Shown piece after piece: positions 18,773-30,265 of a stretch of 32,000 bases of DNA (position 1 is its first letter; every line of letters starts with the position of its first letter). The position numbers were made by a program, and so were the translations under genes. This DNA is from Wigglesworthia glossinidia endosymbiont of Glossina brevipalpis. GTDB lineage: Bacteria > Pseudomonadota > Gammaproteobacteria > Enterobacterales > Enterobacteriaceae. The stretch spans positions 390,001 to 422,000 of the forward strand of contig BA000021.3 in NCBI GenBank assembly GCA_000008885.1. Reading direction: 5' to 3'. The notes under the pieces are model-generated. The model ran no database searches. It was given only the letters and a program-made list of their open reading frames with translations, and was not told where the DNA came from.

Positions 18773-19846
18773 ATGGGATTAAAAATTGGAATTATAGGGT
18801 TGCCTAATGTTGGAAAATCTACTCTATTTAATGCTTTAACTAATTCGCAAGTTAAAGCAAAAAATTTTCCATTTTGTACAATTAAGCCAAATATAGCAAT
18901 TGCTCCAGTACCTGATGTAAGATTATTTAAGTTAAAAAATATTGTTAAATCTAAAAAAATTGTTCCTAATTTTATTGAATTTATTGATATAGCAGGATTG
19001 GTAAAAGGAGCTTCAAAAGGAGAAGGATTAGGAAATAGTTTTCTTAATCAAATTAGAAATGTTAATGTTGTTTGTCATGTTATTGAATGTTTTAGTGAAA
19101 AACTAATTTCAAAATCTGAATATGTAAAAAATATATTAAAAGATATAAAAATAATTAATGATGAACTAAGGATATCCGATATTAATTTATGCAAAAAAAA
19201 AATAGAATCATTAAAAAATAAAAACAACGAGAAAAAAGATTTATTTGAAATAGAACAATATTTAGATATTTTATTAAATAAAAATATTTGTACTCTTCAA
19301 ATATACAAAAACAGTAAAAAAATAAACTCTAATATAGATTTATTAGTCTTTAAGCCTAAAATGTATATTGTAAATATTAAAGAAAAAAATAAAAACAACG
19401 ATTTTTATTTAAAAAATATAAAATATTTTACAAATAAATATGATATTCCTACCATAGAAATATGTGCAAAATCAGAAAGTGATTATATTAGTTCTATAAA
19501 ACATAATTCTTCTAATTTTGATATAAATTCTAATTTATTAAATACAAGTCTAGGAAAAATAATTAATTGTGGTTTTAATTTGCTAAAGTTAAAAACTTTT
19601 TTTAGCGTAGGGCCAAAAGAAGTTAAAGCATGGTCTTCTGATTTAAATTCTACTGCTATTCAAGCTGCAGGTAAAATACATACTGATTTTCAAAAAGGAT
19701 TTATTAGGGCGAAAGTTATTTCTTTTTCAGATTTTATTTTTTATAAAAATTTTTTAACAGCTAAAAAATATGGAAAAATTAAAATAGAAGGAAAAAATTA
19801 TATAATAAAAGATGGAGATATAATTGAATTTTTGTTTAATGTTTAA
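18773..19846 (+). CDS. ychF: ribosome-binding ATPase YchF (Obg-like)
   Basis: 357-aa ORF with the G1 motif GLPNVGKSTLFNALT and DIAGLVKGASKGEGLGN. The C-terminal TGS-like region is IRAKVISF...GKNYIIKDGDIIEFLFNV. Confidence 0.9.
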   Translation: MGLKIGIIGLPNVGKSTLFNALTNSQVKAKNFPFCTIKPNIAIAPVPDVRLFKLKNIVKSKKIVPNFIEFIDIAGLVKGASKGEGLGNSFLNQIRNVNVVCHVIECFSEKLISKSEYVKNILKDIKIINDELRISDINLCKKKIESLKNKNNEKKDLFEIEQYLDILLNKNICTLQIYKNSKKINSNIDLLVFKPKMYIVNIKEKNKNNDFYLKNIKYFTNKYDIPTIEICAKSESDYISSIKHNSSNFDINSNLLNTSLGKIINCGFNLLKLKTFFSVGPKEVKAWSSDLNSTAIQAAGKIHTDFQKGFIRAKVISFSDFIFYKNFLTAKKYGKIKIEGKNYIIKDGDIIEFLFNV

Positions 19847-19880
19847 TATGTATTAATTTATTTAAATTTTATTTTTATTT

Positions 19881-20810
19881 ATGAAAAATATAAAATTAAA
19901 AAATATATTTTTTTTGTTTCTAATATCAGTAATTTACATCCAAAATGGATTTTCTAAAATTTACAATTTACCAAAAAATGGTGATAGATTAATTGGAAAA
20001 AATATATTTATTACAATTCCAGAAAACAATAAACTACCATTAGAATATTTTGCAGAAAAATTCCAAGTTGGATTAAGCAATTTGTTAGAAGCAAATCCAG
20101 GAATAGATGTATACCTTCCTTCTGGAGGAACTAAATTGGTTATTCCAAATAAATTAATATTACCAAAAAATTATAAAACTGGAATATTAATTAATATTGC
20201 AGAAATGAGACTTTTTTATTTTCCTAAAAATTTTGAAAAAGTAGTTGTACTTCCAGTTGGAATAGGAGAAATAGGAAAAGAAACTCCTAGCAAATGGAAA
20301 ACCTATGTAAAAAGAAAAAAATATGCTCCTACATGGACTCCTACAAAAGATATGCATAAAGAATATTCTTCTTTAGGAATAAAACTATTAAAAATTTATC
20401 CTTCTGGGAAGAATAACCCTATGGGTTTATATGCTTTATATTTAGAAGATTTATATGCTATTCATGGAACTAATACAAATTTTGGTATCGGATTAAGAGT
20501 TACTCATGGATGTATTAGATTAAGAAATGATGATATTAAATATTTATTTAACAATGTACCAGTAGGTACAGAAGTTTATTTTATAAACGAACCTGTAAAA
20601 GTAACTCATGAATCTGATGGTAATAAATACATAGAAGTTCATCAACCATTATCTGAAAATTTAAAAGAACTTAATTCTATATATCATTCTCCTATAGAAA
20701 TTTCTAAAAATATATATAATTTTATTATTGATAAAAATATAAATAAATTTTCTTTAACGCAAGCATTTCAAGAAAGATGCGGAATTCCTGTTAATCTTAC
20801 AAAAAACTAA
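19881..20810 (+). CDS. periplasmic L,D-transpeptidase of the ErfK/YbiS/YcfS (LdtA-C) type
   Basis: 309-aa ORF with a signal peptide and a LysM-like segment ([23 protein letters not shown]). The YkuD catalytic domain carries NPMGLYALY...[26 protein letters not shown]. Confidence 0.85.
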   Translation: MKNIKLKNIFFLFLISVIYIQNGFSKIYNLPKNGDRLIGKNIFITIPENNKLPLEYFAEKFQVGLSNLLEANPGIDVYLPSGGTKLVIPNKLILPKNYKTGILINIAEMRLFYFPKNFEKVVVLPVGIGEIGKETPSKWKTYVKRKKYAPTWTPTKDMHKEYSSLGIKLLKIYPSGKNNPMGLYALYLEDLYAIHGTNTNFGIGLRVTHGCIRLRNDDIKYLFNNVPVGTEVYFINEPVKVTHESDGNKYIEVHQPLSENLKELNSIYHSPIEISKNIYNFIIDKNINKFSLTQAFQERCGIPVNLTKN

Positions 20811-22138
20811 AAATTTTTTAAATTATTATTACTATAAATAAATTGGTTCTTTATTTCCATTTTTCCATGAAATATAGCGTTTGATCCAAGTTCTTCTTCT
20901 ATTCTTATTAATCTATTATATTTAGCTGTTCTATCAGATCTACTCATTGATCCAGTTTTTATTTGACCAGATGAAGTTCCTACTGATAAATCAGCTATTG
21001 TAACATCTTCGGTTTCTCCTGATCTATGAGAAATAATTGTAGCATATCCATATTTTTTTGCAATTTTAATTACTTCTAAAGTTTCTGTAAGAGAACCAAT
21101 TTGGTTTGGTTTAATTAAAATAGAATTAGCAATACCTTTTTTTATCCCATATTTTAGAAATTTAGGATTAGTTGTAAATAAATCATCTCCAACTAATTGG
21201 ATCTTATTTCCTAAATAATTAGTCAGCATAGAAAAACCTTCCCAATCATTTTCGTGCAATCCATCTTCTATTGAAAGAATTGGATATTCTTCTGTAAGTT
21301 TTTTTAAAAAAAGTACAAATTCATAAGATGAAAAAAAATTATTTTCACTTTTTAAATAATAAGACTGAGTAGATTCTTCAAAAAATTCAGATGCTGCGCA
21401 GTCAATAGCAAAAGTTATGTCTCTTCCTATATGGTATTTTGATCTTTTTACTGCTTCTTTAATTAAAACAAAAGCATTTGAATTTGATTTTAAATTTGGA
21501 GAATATCCACCTTCATCCCCTATTGAAGTACTCATTCCTTTTTCATTTAAAATTTTACCTAAGTTATGAAATATCTCAGATCCCATTTGAATAGCTTGCT
21601 TTATGCTTTTTGCTCCAATTGGTTGTATCATGAATTCTTGAATATCAATATTATTATTAGTATGTTTTCCGCCATTAATTATATTAATCATAGGAAGAGG
21701 CATGGAAAAAATTCCAGGAGTGTTATTTATTTCTGATATGTGTTTATATAATGGAATATTTTTTATTTTAGACGCAGCCTTAGCGTTAGCTAAGGATACA
21801 GCTAAAATAGCATTCGCTCCTAAATTAGATTTATTTTTAGTTCCATCTAAGTTGATCATAATTTGATCTATATCTTTTTGTTTTTGTGCATTTTTTGATA
21901 TTAAAGATTTAGATATTTTGTTATTTATAGATTTTACTGCTTTTGTAACTCCTTCTCCTAAAAATCTTGAATTATCTCTATCACGAACTTCATGAGCTTC
22001 TCTAGATCCAATAGATATTCCAGAAGGAGATGATGCTCTTCCAATAATTCCTCCTAATAAATGGACTTCTGCTTCTACAGTAGGATACCCTCTAGAATCA
22101 ATTATCTCTCTACCAATTACTTTTATTATTTTTGACAT
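20807..22138 (-). CDS. eno: enolase
   Basis: 443-aa [27 protein letters not shown] and SHRSGETED are present, with full-length collinearity. The TAG stop overlaps the L,D-transpeptidase stop by 4 nt. Confidence 0.95.
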
Positions 22139-22186
22139 ATTATTAATTTTTTATCAAAATAAAGTTTGTATTAACATAAAATATTA

Positions 22187-23860
<1,674 letters not shown>

Positions 23861-24109
23861 TTATTATAAGTATTATATACTGAGAATTTTTTTTTAAAAG
23901 TTGTTTAAGTTTAAATATAAATATTATATGTATAACTATTATATTTTTATATATAAAAATTTTATATTAAAAAAAATAAATAATGCTATATATATATGTT
24001 TTTCAATATAAAAATTTTTTAAATTTTTAATATAATTATATTAGATATAAAAATCTACAATATAAATTTTAACAAAAATTCATATAATTGTATTATTAAG
24101 GAGATTGTT

Positions 24110-24343
24110 ATGTTTAACAAAAAAATTATTTTTATTACAACATTTGGATTGTTTTTATTGTCAAGTTGTGCAAAAAATCCTAACATGAATAAAATTTCTT
24201 ATGATGTTCAAGATTTAAAATATAAGATTAATCAAATATCTAGCGATATAAATCATATTCAATCTGACGTTAATAAAGCAAAAGAAGAAGCTGAGCGTGC
24301 TAATAATAGAATGGATAATAATACTAGATATTATAGAAAATAA
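24110..24343 (+). CDS. lpp: major outer-membrane (Braun) lipoprotein
   Basis: 77-aa ORF with a signal peptide and lipobox LSSC. The heptad-repeat body (DVQDLKYKINQISSDINHIQSDVNKAKEEAERANNRMDN) and the C-terminal YRK are collinear with E. coli Lpp. A strong SD, taaggag, lies at 24097-24103. Confidence 0.88.
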   Translation: MFNKKIIFITTFGLFLLSSCAKNPNMNKISYDVQDLKYKINQISSDINHIQSDVNKAKEEAERANNRMDNNTRYYRK

Positions 24344-24376
24344 AAATTTTTATTAATTTAATATAAATTAAATGTA

Positions 24377-24811
24377 TTACAAAATTTTTTCTTTTATTAA
24401 TAAACATCTTGCTGATTTTTTAATAAATTTTGAAATTGAACTTAACCCCTGCACCCTAGATGGGGTTAAGTAATTTGTTAATGATAATTTATTAAAATAA
24501 GGTTTTACATCAAATGTCAATATTTCGGATAATTTTAAATCTTCGTGAAGAATAAAAATGATTGCTATTAATCCTTTCACAATTAAGGAATTGCTATCTC
24601 CATAAAATTTAATTTTTTTTGTATTTTCATATATTAAATATATCCATGAATCATTTTGACAACCTGGTATAAGATTTGAATTTTTTCTGAACTTTTCTGG
24701 AAATGGAGATAATTTATTTCCTAATTCTATGATATATAAATATTTTTCTTCCCAGTTTTCGCAACTAGAAAAATTTTTTATAAAATTAATTTTTTTTATA
24801 AATTTATTCAT
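24377..24811 (-). CDS. sufE: cysteine desulfuration (sulfur acceptor) protein SufE
   Basis: 144-aa ORF. CENWEEKYLYIIELG and the active-site GCQ are present, as is LTPSRVQGL. It is the last gene of the suf cluster. Confidence 0.88.
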   Translation of the reverse strand: MNKFIKKINFIKNFSSCENWEEKYLYIIELGNKLSPFPEKFRKNSNLIPGCQNDSWIYLIYENTKKIKFYGDSNSLIVKGLIAIIFILHEDLKLSEILTFDVKPYFNKLSLTNYLTPSRVQGLSSISKFIKKSARCLLIKEKIL

Positions 24812-24828
24812 TTTGCAAAATGTTTAAA

Positions 24829-26061
24829 TTAATTAAATCTTCTTAAGAATTTTTGTACTTTTAATAAACTTTTTATAAAATTATCAATGTCTGATTCATC
24901 AGAATACATTGCAACTGATATTCTACACATGCTATGTACTTTAAAAAAATTCATAATCGGCATTGAGCAATGATGTCCAGTTCTTATTGCAACTCCATAT
25001 TTGTCTAGTAAAATTCCTACATCATAAGAATGACATCCTTTTAAATTAAAAGGAATAATACTAGTATTTATTTCAGAACTATAAATCTTGATATTAGGAA
25101 TATTTTTTATTTTTAATAAAGCATATTTTATTAGTTTTTTTTCATATTTTTGTATTTTTTTTATTCCTATTTTTTTTACATATTCAATAGATTTTCCCAA
25201 ACCAATTATTCCAGATATATTTGGAGATCCAGCTTCAAATCTCCATGGTATTTCGTTAAAAGTAGTTCCTGAAAATAAACATACTTTTTTAATCATACCT
25301 CCTCCTCCTTCCCATGGAGGCATTTTTTTTAATAGTTTTTTTTTTCCATACAATACTCCTATTCCTGATGGACCATAAATTTTATGTCCTGAAAATACAT
25401 AAAAATCACAATCAATTTTTTGCACATCTATTTTCATATGCATTATTGCTTGTGCTCCATCTATTAATACTTTGATATCATAATTATTTTTAATTTTTTT
25501 TATTATTTTTTCTATTAAATTACAAGTTCCTAATATATTAGATACATGTGTAATACAAAATATGCGAGTATTATTATTTATAATATCGTCTATTTTGCAA
25601 ATATCTAATTTTCCACTTGGAAGCAAAGGTATATATTTAATGTCTACTTTTTTTCTCATAGATAATAATTGCCATGGAACTATATTTGCATGATGTTCCA
25701 TTTGTGTTATTACTATATTATCTCCTTTTTTTATAAATGTTTCACCCCAAGTATTTGCAACTAAATTTATTCCTTCTGTTGTACCTTTCACAAAAATAAT
25801 TTCACTATCTGATTTTGCATTTATAAATTTTGCTATTTTGCTTCTTATATCTTCCATGTTTTTTGTAGCATTTTTGCTTAAAGTATGAATTCCTCTATGA
25901 ACAGCTGAATGCTCTTTGGATGAATAAATTATTTCACGTTGCAAAACGCATTTTGGTTTTTGTGAACTAGCTGCGTTATCAAGATAAATTAAAGGTGAAT
26001 TATTTATTTTTTCAGATAGAATAGGAAAGTCTGATCTGATTTCTTTAATAGGATAATTCAT
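24829..26061 (-). CDS. sufS: cysteine desulfurase SufS
   Basis: 410-aa ORF. IRSDFPIL...YLDNAASSQKP, the PLP-lysine region FSGHKIYGPSGIG and the catalytic-Cys loop RTGHHCSMP are present. Its ATG overlaps the sufD stop (ATGA). Confidence 0.93.
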   Translation of the reverse strand: MNYPIKEIRSDFPILSEKINNSPLIYLDNAASSQKPKCVLQREIIYSSKEHSAVHRGIHTLSKNATKNMEDIRSKIAKFINAKSDSEIIFVKGTTEGINLVANTWGETFIKKGDNIVITQMEHHANIVPWQLLSMRKKVDIKYIPLLPSGKLDICKIDDIINNNTRIFCITHVSNILGTCNLIEKIIKKIKNNYDIKVLIDGAQAIMHMKIDVQKIDCDFYVFSGHKIYGPSGIGVLYGKKKLLKKMPPWEGGGGMIKKVCLFSGTTFNEIPWRFEAGSPNISGIIGLGKSIEYVKKIGIKKIQKYEKKLIKYALLKIKNIPNIKIYSSEINTSIIPFNLKGCHSYDVGILLDKYGVAIRTGHHCSMPIMNFFKVHSMCRISVAMYSDESDIDNFIKSLLKVQKFLRRFN

Positions 26062-27317
26062 ATTTTTATTTTCTCTAAAAATGAAAATATCATTTTATCT
26101 AATTTATTAAATAAAGAAGAACATGATATATTTTTTATTGTTTCTAAATAAAATGAACAAATAATTAATATTTTAGCATCTTTTTTTGAAATTCCACGCG
26201 AACGCAAATAGAATAAATATTCTGAATCTAAATAATTAGTAGTCGCTCCATGACTACATTTTACGTCATCTGTATATATTTCTAATTGTGGTTTTGTGAT
26301 TATAGAAGATTTTTCTCCAAGCAAAATGTTATTATTCTTCATATGTCCATCTGTTTTTACAGCATTTTTTTCAACTTTTATTTTTCCATGAAAAATCCCT
26401 TTAGAACGATCAGATAAAATAAATTTATGTAATTGTCTACTTTTGCAATTTTTATCTTTGTGTTCTACAAAAGTTTTTATATCAACAATTTGATTTTTTA
26501 TTGGAATAGATAAACTATTTATTAAAACATTTGAATTAGGCTTATTAAATCTTAAATTTATGTTTTGTTTGGATATATACCCTCCTAAATTAATAACATT
26601 ATTTGAAAAATTAGAATTTTTTTCTAAAAAAAAATCATCGTTAGAAAAATTATAGCTATTTATATTGTTTTGATTAATTTTTATAAAATCAACGAATGAG
26701 TTTTTTTTTATATGTATAGTAGTTCTTGAATTATTTAAGTATTTATAATTATCATTATTAATAAAATGCTCTATTATTTGACATTTAGAATTATTTCCTA
26801 TTTCAATATGATTTCTATTATTAATAAAAATAATTTTTTCTTTGTTTTCTAAAATTTTTCCAATATTTATTAAATAAAGAGGTTTAATTTCATTGATTTC
26901 TTTTTTTAAATATATATGTGTGATTTCTTCGCTTAAACTTTCCGAACAATGTAAAAAAAAATCTGATTTTATTTCTTTTGGCAATTTTTTTATATCTTTT
27001 TTAAATTTTCTAGTTATTTTCCAGTTACCAAAATCTTTATCACTTAATGTATTGCAAAAAAATCCATTAATAAATATTAATTTGTAACTTGATATATTTA
27101 ACAAATAATTTTTTAAATCTATATAATCTTTTGAAGAAATTCTTGGATAACAAATAATTTCATTAAAAAATTTTTCTATATTAATAAATTTAAAATATTT
27201 ATTTTTTTTATTTGTAAGTTTTAAATTTATTAATTTATTCCAATGATATTCAGAATGTTTAGAATTTTCTTTGTTTAAAAATATTTTTTTTAAAATTTTA
27301 ATAAAATTTTTGTTCAT
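26058..27317 (-). CDS. sufD: Fe-S cluster assembly protein SufD
   Basis: The ORF is open to 27353. The ATG at 27317 lies 1 nt after the sufC stop and gives 419 aa, close to E. coli SufD. The C-terminal region QLEIYTDDVKCSHGATT...LFYLRSRGI is typical of SufB/SufD. The start is uncertain (27317, 27338, 27344 or 27353). Confidence 0.8.
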   Translation of the reverse strand: MNKNFIKILKKIFLNKENSKHSEYHWNKLINLKLTNKKNKYFKFINIEKFFNEIICYPRISSKDYIDLKNYLLNISSYKLIFINGFFCNTLSDKDFGNWKITRKFKKDIKKLPKEIKSDFFLHCSESLSEEITHIYLKKEINEIKPLYLINIGKILENKEKIIFINNRNHIEIGNNSKCQIIEHFINNDNYKYLNNSRTTIHIKKNSFVDFIKINQNNINSYNFSNDDFFLEKNSNFSNNVINLGGYISKQNINLRFNKPNSNVLINSLSIPIKNQIVDIKTFVEHKDKNCKSRQLHKFILSDRSKGIFHGKIKVEKNAVKTDGHMKNNNILLGEKSSIITKPQLEIYTDDVKCSHGATTNYLDSEYLFYLRSRGISKKDAKILIICSFYLETIKNISCSSLFNKLDKMIFSFLEKIKI

Positions 27318-27318
27318 A

Positions 27319-28059
27319 TTATTTTTTAATCCATCCATATCCATGTTTTTCAAGTTGTTTTACTAAATCAAATTTTCCAGATTGTATAATATTGCCTTTA
27401 TGTAAAATATGAACGTAGTCAGGATTAATATAATTTAAAATCCTTTGATAATGAGTAATTATTATAAATGAACGTTTTTTGCTTTTTAATAAATTTATGC
27501 AATTTGTTATTTCTCTTAGGGAATCTATATCAAGACCAGAATCTATTTCATCTAATATACATAAATCTGGCTTTATCATCATCATTTGTAATATTTCATT
27601 GCGTTTTTTCTCCCCGCCTGAAAATCCTGTGTTTAAAGATCTATGAATTAAATTTTCTGGCATATTCAACAATGAAATATTTTTTTTAAAAATTTCAGAA
27701 AAATTAAACATATCTAAAGGTGGTTTATTTTTATATTTTCTAATTGCATTTACACTAGCATGTAAAAATCTTTTATTACTAATTCCTGGAATTTCTACAG
27801 GATATTGATATGCTATAAATATTCCATTTCCAGCTCTTTCTTCTGGATTTAATTGTGAAATATCTATTTTTTTAAAAAGTATTCTTCCAGAGCAAATTAT
27901 ACAGTTTTTTTTTCCAGCTAAAGTGTCAGACAAAGTGCTTTTTCCTGACCCATTAGGACCCATGATTGCATGAATTTCTCCTTTTTTAATTTCTAAATTT
28001 AAATTGTTTAAAATATTTTGATCTCCAATTTTTACTATTAAGTTTTCAATTAATAACAT
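27319..28059 (-). CDS. sufC: Fe-S cluster assembly ATPase SufC
   Basis: 246-aa ORF with Walker A GPNGSGKST, the ABC signature FSGGEKKR and Walker B CILDEIDSGLD. Confidence 0.93.
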   Translation of the reverse strand: MLLIENLIVKIGDQNILNNLNLEIKKGEIHAIMGPNGSGKSTLSDTLAGKKNCIICSGRILFKKIDISQLNPEERAGNGIFIAYQYPVEIPGISNKRFLHASVNAIRKYKNKPPLDMFNFSEIFKKNISLLNMPENLIHRSLNTGFSGGEKKRNEILQMMMIKPDLCILDEIDSGLDIDSLREITNCINLLKSKKRSFIIITHYQRILNYINPDYVHILHKGNIIQSGKFDLVKQLEKHGYGWIKK

Positions 28060-28110
28060 GTTATTTCCTTAAGTAGGATAAATTTTTGTTTTGATAATTA
28101 AAAAAATAAA

Positions 28111-29577
28111 TCAACCTACGCTATTGTCTAAATTAATAGATAGAAGTTTTTGTGCTTCTATTGCAAATTCTAACGGTAATTTAGAAAATATTTCTTTACA
28201 AAATCCATTTACTATCATAGAAATTGCGTCTTCTACTTTAATTCCACGTTGTTGACAATAAAAAATTTGATTTTCTTCTATTTTAGAAGTTGTGGCTTCA
28301 TGCTCTATGTTAGATTTTTTATTAAATACTTCAATATATGGAAATGTATGAGCTCCGCAATTAGATCCTATCAACATAGAATCACATTGAGTAAAATTTC
28401 TTGAATTTTTAGCTAAAGGTAAAATTTTCACTAATCCACGATATGTGTTATTGCTTTTTCCAGAAGAAATTGTTTTAGAAATAATTGTTGATTTTGTATC
28501 TTTTCCTATATGAATCATTTTTGTTCCAGTATCTGCTTGTTGATAACTTTTTGTTAAAGCTATAGAAAAAAATTCTCCTACTGATTTATCTCCTTTAAGT
28601 ATTACGCTTGGATATTTCCAAGTAATTGCTGAACCTGTTTCTGATTGAGTCCAAGACATTTTTGATTCTTTCCCTTTGCATAAAGCTCTTTTAGTTACAA
28701 AATTTAGTATACCTCCTTTGTTTTTTTTGCCGGGAAACCAATTTTGAACTGTTGAGTATTTTACTCTAGCATTATTTAATAAAATAACTTCTACTACTGC
28801 AGCGTGTAATTGATAATTATTTCTTATAGGAGCTGAACATCCTTCAATATAGCTAATATAACTAAATTCATCTGCTATTAAAATAGTACGCTCAAATTGA
28901 TTTGTATTTGCAGAATTTATTCTGAAATATGTAGATAGTTCCATTGGACAACGAACTCCTTTAGGTACATATATAAACGTTCCATCTGATGCTACTGCAG
29001 AGTTTAAAGCTGCAAAAAAATTATCATTTACAGGTACAACAGAACCTAAATATTCTTTTACTAATTTTGGATATTTTTTAATAGCATCGCTAAAAGAACA
29101 GAAAATAATTCCAATTTTTTTTAAAAATTTTTGGTATGTAGTAGAAACAGATACGGAATCAAATATAGCATCTATAGCTATATTATTTTTTTCTGAGGTT
29201 GGAATTCCTAATTTGTTAAATGTATTTTTTACTTCTTTAGTAAGGTATTTTGTATTGTTATTATTTTTTTTTTCTTTTTTAAATTCGTTGCAATCAGGAG
29301 CAGAATAATAAATATATTTATTATAATCTATATTTTCAAATTTTCCATTAAGCCAATGTGGTTCTTTCATTTTTGTCCAAGCATCATAAGCTTTTAGTCT
29401 AAATCTTAACATCCATTCCGGCTCTTGTCTTTTTTCAGATATATCTTTAACAACTTTTTCGTTTATTCCATGTTCTAATTCTTCTGTTTTTAAGATTGTT
29501 GAAAATCCTTCCTTATAATCTGTGATTTCTGTATTATCTTTTATTTCATTTAAATTATTATTATTTTCTTTATTCAT
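28111..29577 (-). CDS. sufB: Fe-S cluster assembly scaffold SufB
   Basis: The track ORF opens at 29631, but homology and an SD-like ggaaga favour the ATG at 29577 (MNKENNN...YKEGF...EPEWMLRFRLKAYDAW). The C-terminal region is HEATTSKIEENQIFYCQQRGI. It overlaps the sufA 3' end by 8 nt. Confidence 0.9.
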   Translation of the reverse strand: MNKENNNNLNEIKDNTEITDYKEGFSTILKTEELEHGINEKVVKDISEKRQEPEWMLRFRLKAYDAWTKMKEPHWLNGKFENIDYNKYIYYSAPDCNEFKKEKKNNNNTKYLTKEVKNTFNKLGIPTSEKNNIAIDAIFDSVSVSTTYQKFLKKIGIIFCSFSDAIKKYPKLVKEYLGSVVPVNDNFFAALNSAVASDGTFIYVPKGVRCPMELSTYFRINSANTNQFERTILIADEFSYISYIEGCSAPIRNNYQLHAAVVEVILLNNARVKYSTVQNWFPGKKNKGGILNFVTKRALCKGKESKMSWTQSETGSAITWKYPSVILKGDKSVGEFFSIALTKSYQQADTGTKMIHIGKDTKSTIISKTISSGKSNNTYRGLVKILPLAKNSRNFTQCDSMLIGSNCGAHTFPYIEVFNKKSNIEHEATTSKIEENQIFYCQQRGIKVEDAISMIVNGFCKEIFSKLPLEFAIEAQKLLSINLDNSVG

Positions 29578-29959
29578 AAATATCTTCCATAGTATTAAAA
29601 CTCTTCCCACATCCACAAATATTTTTTGCATTAGGATTATTAAATTTAAACTTATAATTTAAACCTTGTTTGATATAATCTAATTCTATTTTATTAATAA
29701 ATGGCAAAATTTTTTTTGATGCACATAATTTTATTCCTTTAAATTCATAAATAAAATCATCTGAATTAAAATAATTTATCGTTGTAATTGAATAACTTAA
29801 TCCAGCGCATCCTGATTTATTTATGTTTAACCTAATACCTAAAATAGATGAGTTTTGTTTTATTAATTTTTTAATATGTTTTATGGCAGATTTGGTTGCA
29901 AAAAATCCCATCCAATTTTTATTTTCAATTTCTAAATTTTTAATTTTTTTATTTTTCAT
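29570..29959 (-). CDS. sufA: Fe-S cluster carrier (A-type) SufA
   Basis: The ORF is open to 30007. The ATG at 29959 gives 129 aa, against about 122 in E. coli. The conserved cysteines are present (SGCAG ... CGCGKSF). The start is uncertain (29959, 29983 or 30007). Confidence 0.8.
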   Translation of the reverse strand: MKNKKIKNLEIENKNWMGFFATKSAIKHIKKLIKQNSSILGIRLNINKSGCAGLSYSITTINYFNSDDFIYEFKGIKLCASKKILPFINKIELDYIKQGLNYKFKFNNPNAKNICGCGKSFNTMEDIYE

Positions 29960-30265
29960 ATAAAATTTTCTAAAATAAATCATTAAAATAATATTTTTAA
30001 CTTTCATTAGTATAATATTTTTATATTTTATTATATAAATATATATAAGATAAAATAATGTTAAAAATATTTTTTATTTAAATTAAATATTATATATATT
30101 AAAATTAATTTAATTAAATATATGTTGTATTAAAAATAATTTTTAAAATTTATTATTTTATATTAACATTAATTTTATTTTTTACATATAAAAATTTATA
30201 TTTTAAAAAACTAATTTATAATTTAAATTTATATAATTTAATAAATATCAACAGGAAACAAAATT

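Noticed and set aside
20807-20810. 4-nt overlap of the convergent stop codons of the L,D-transpeptidase (TAA) and eno (TAG)
   Set aside because: This is a trivial consequence of genome compaction and a short, poorly conserved C-terminal extension of enolase. There is no sign of functional significance.
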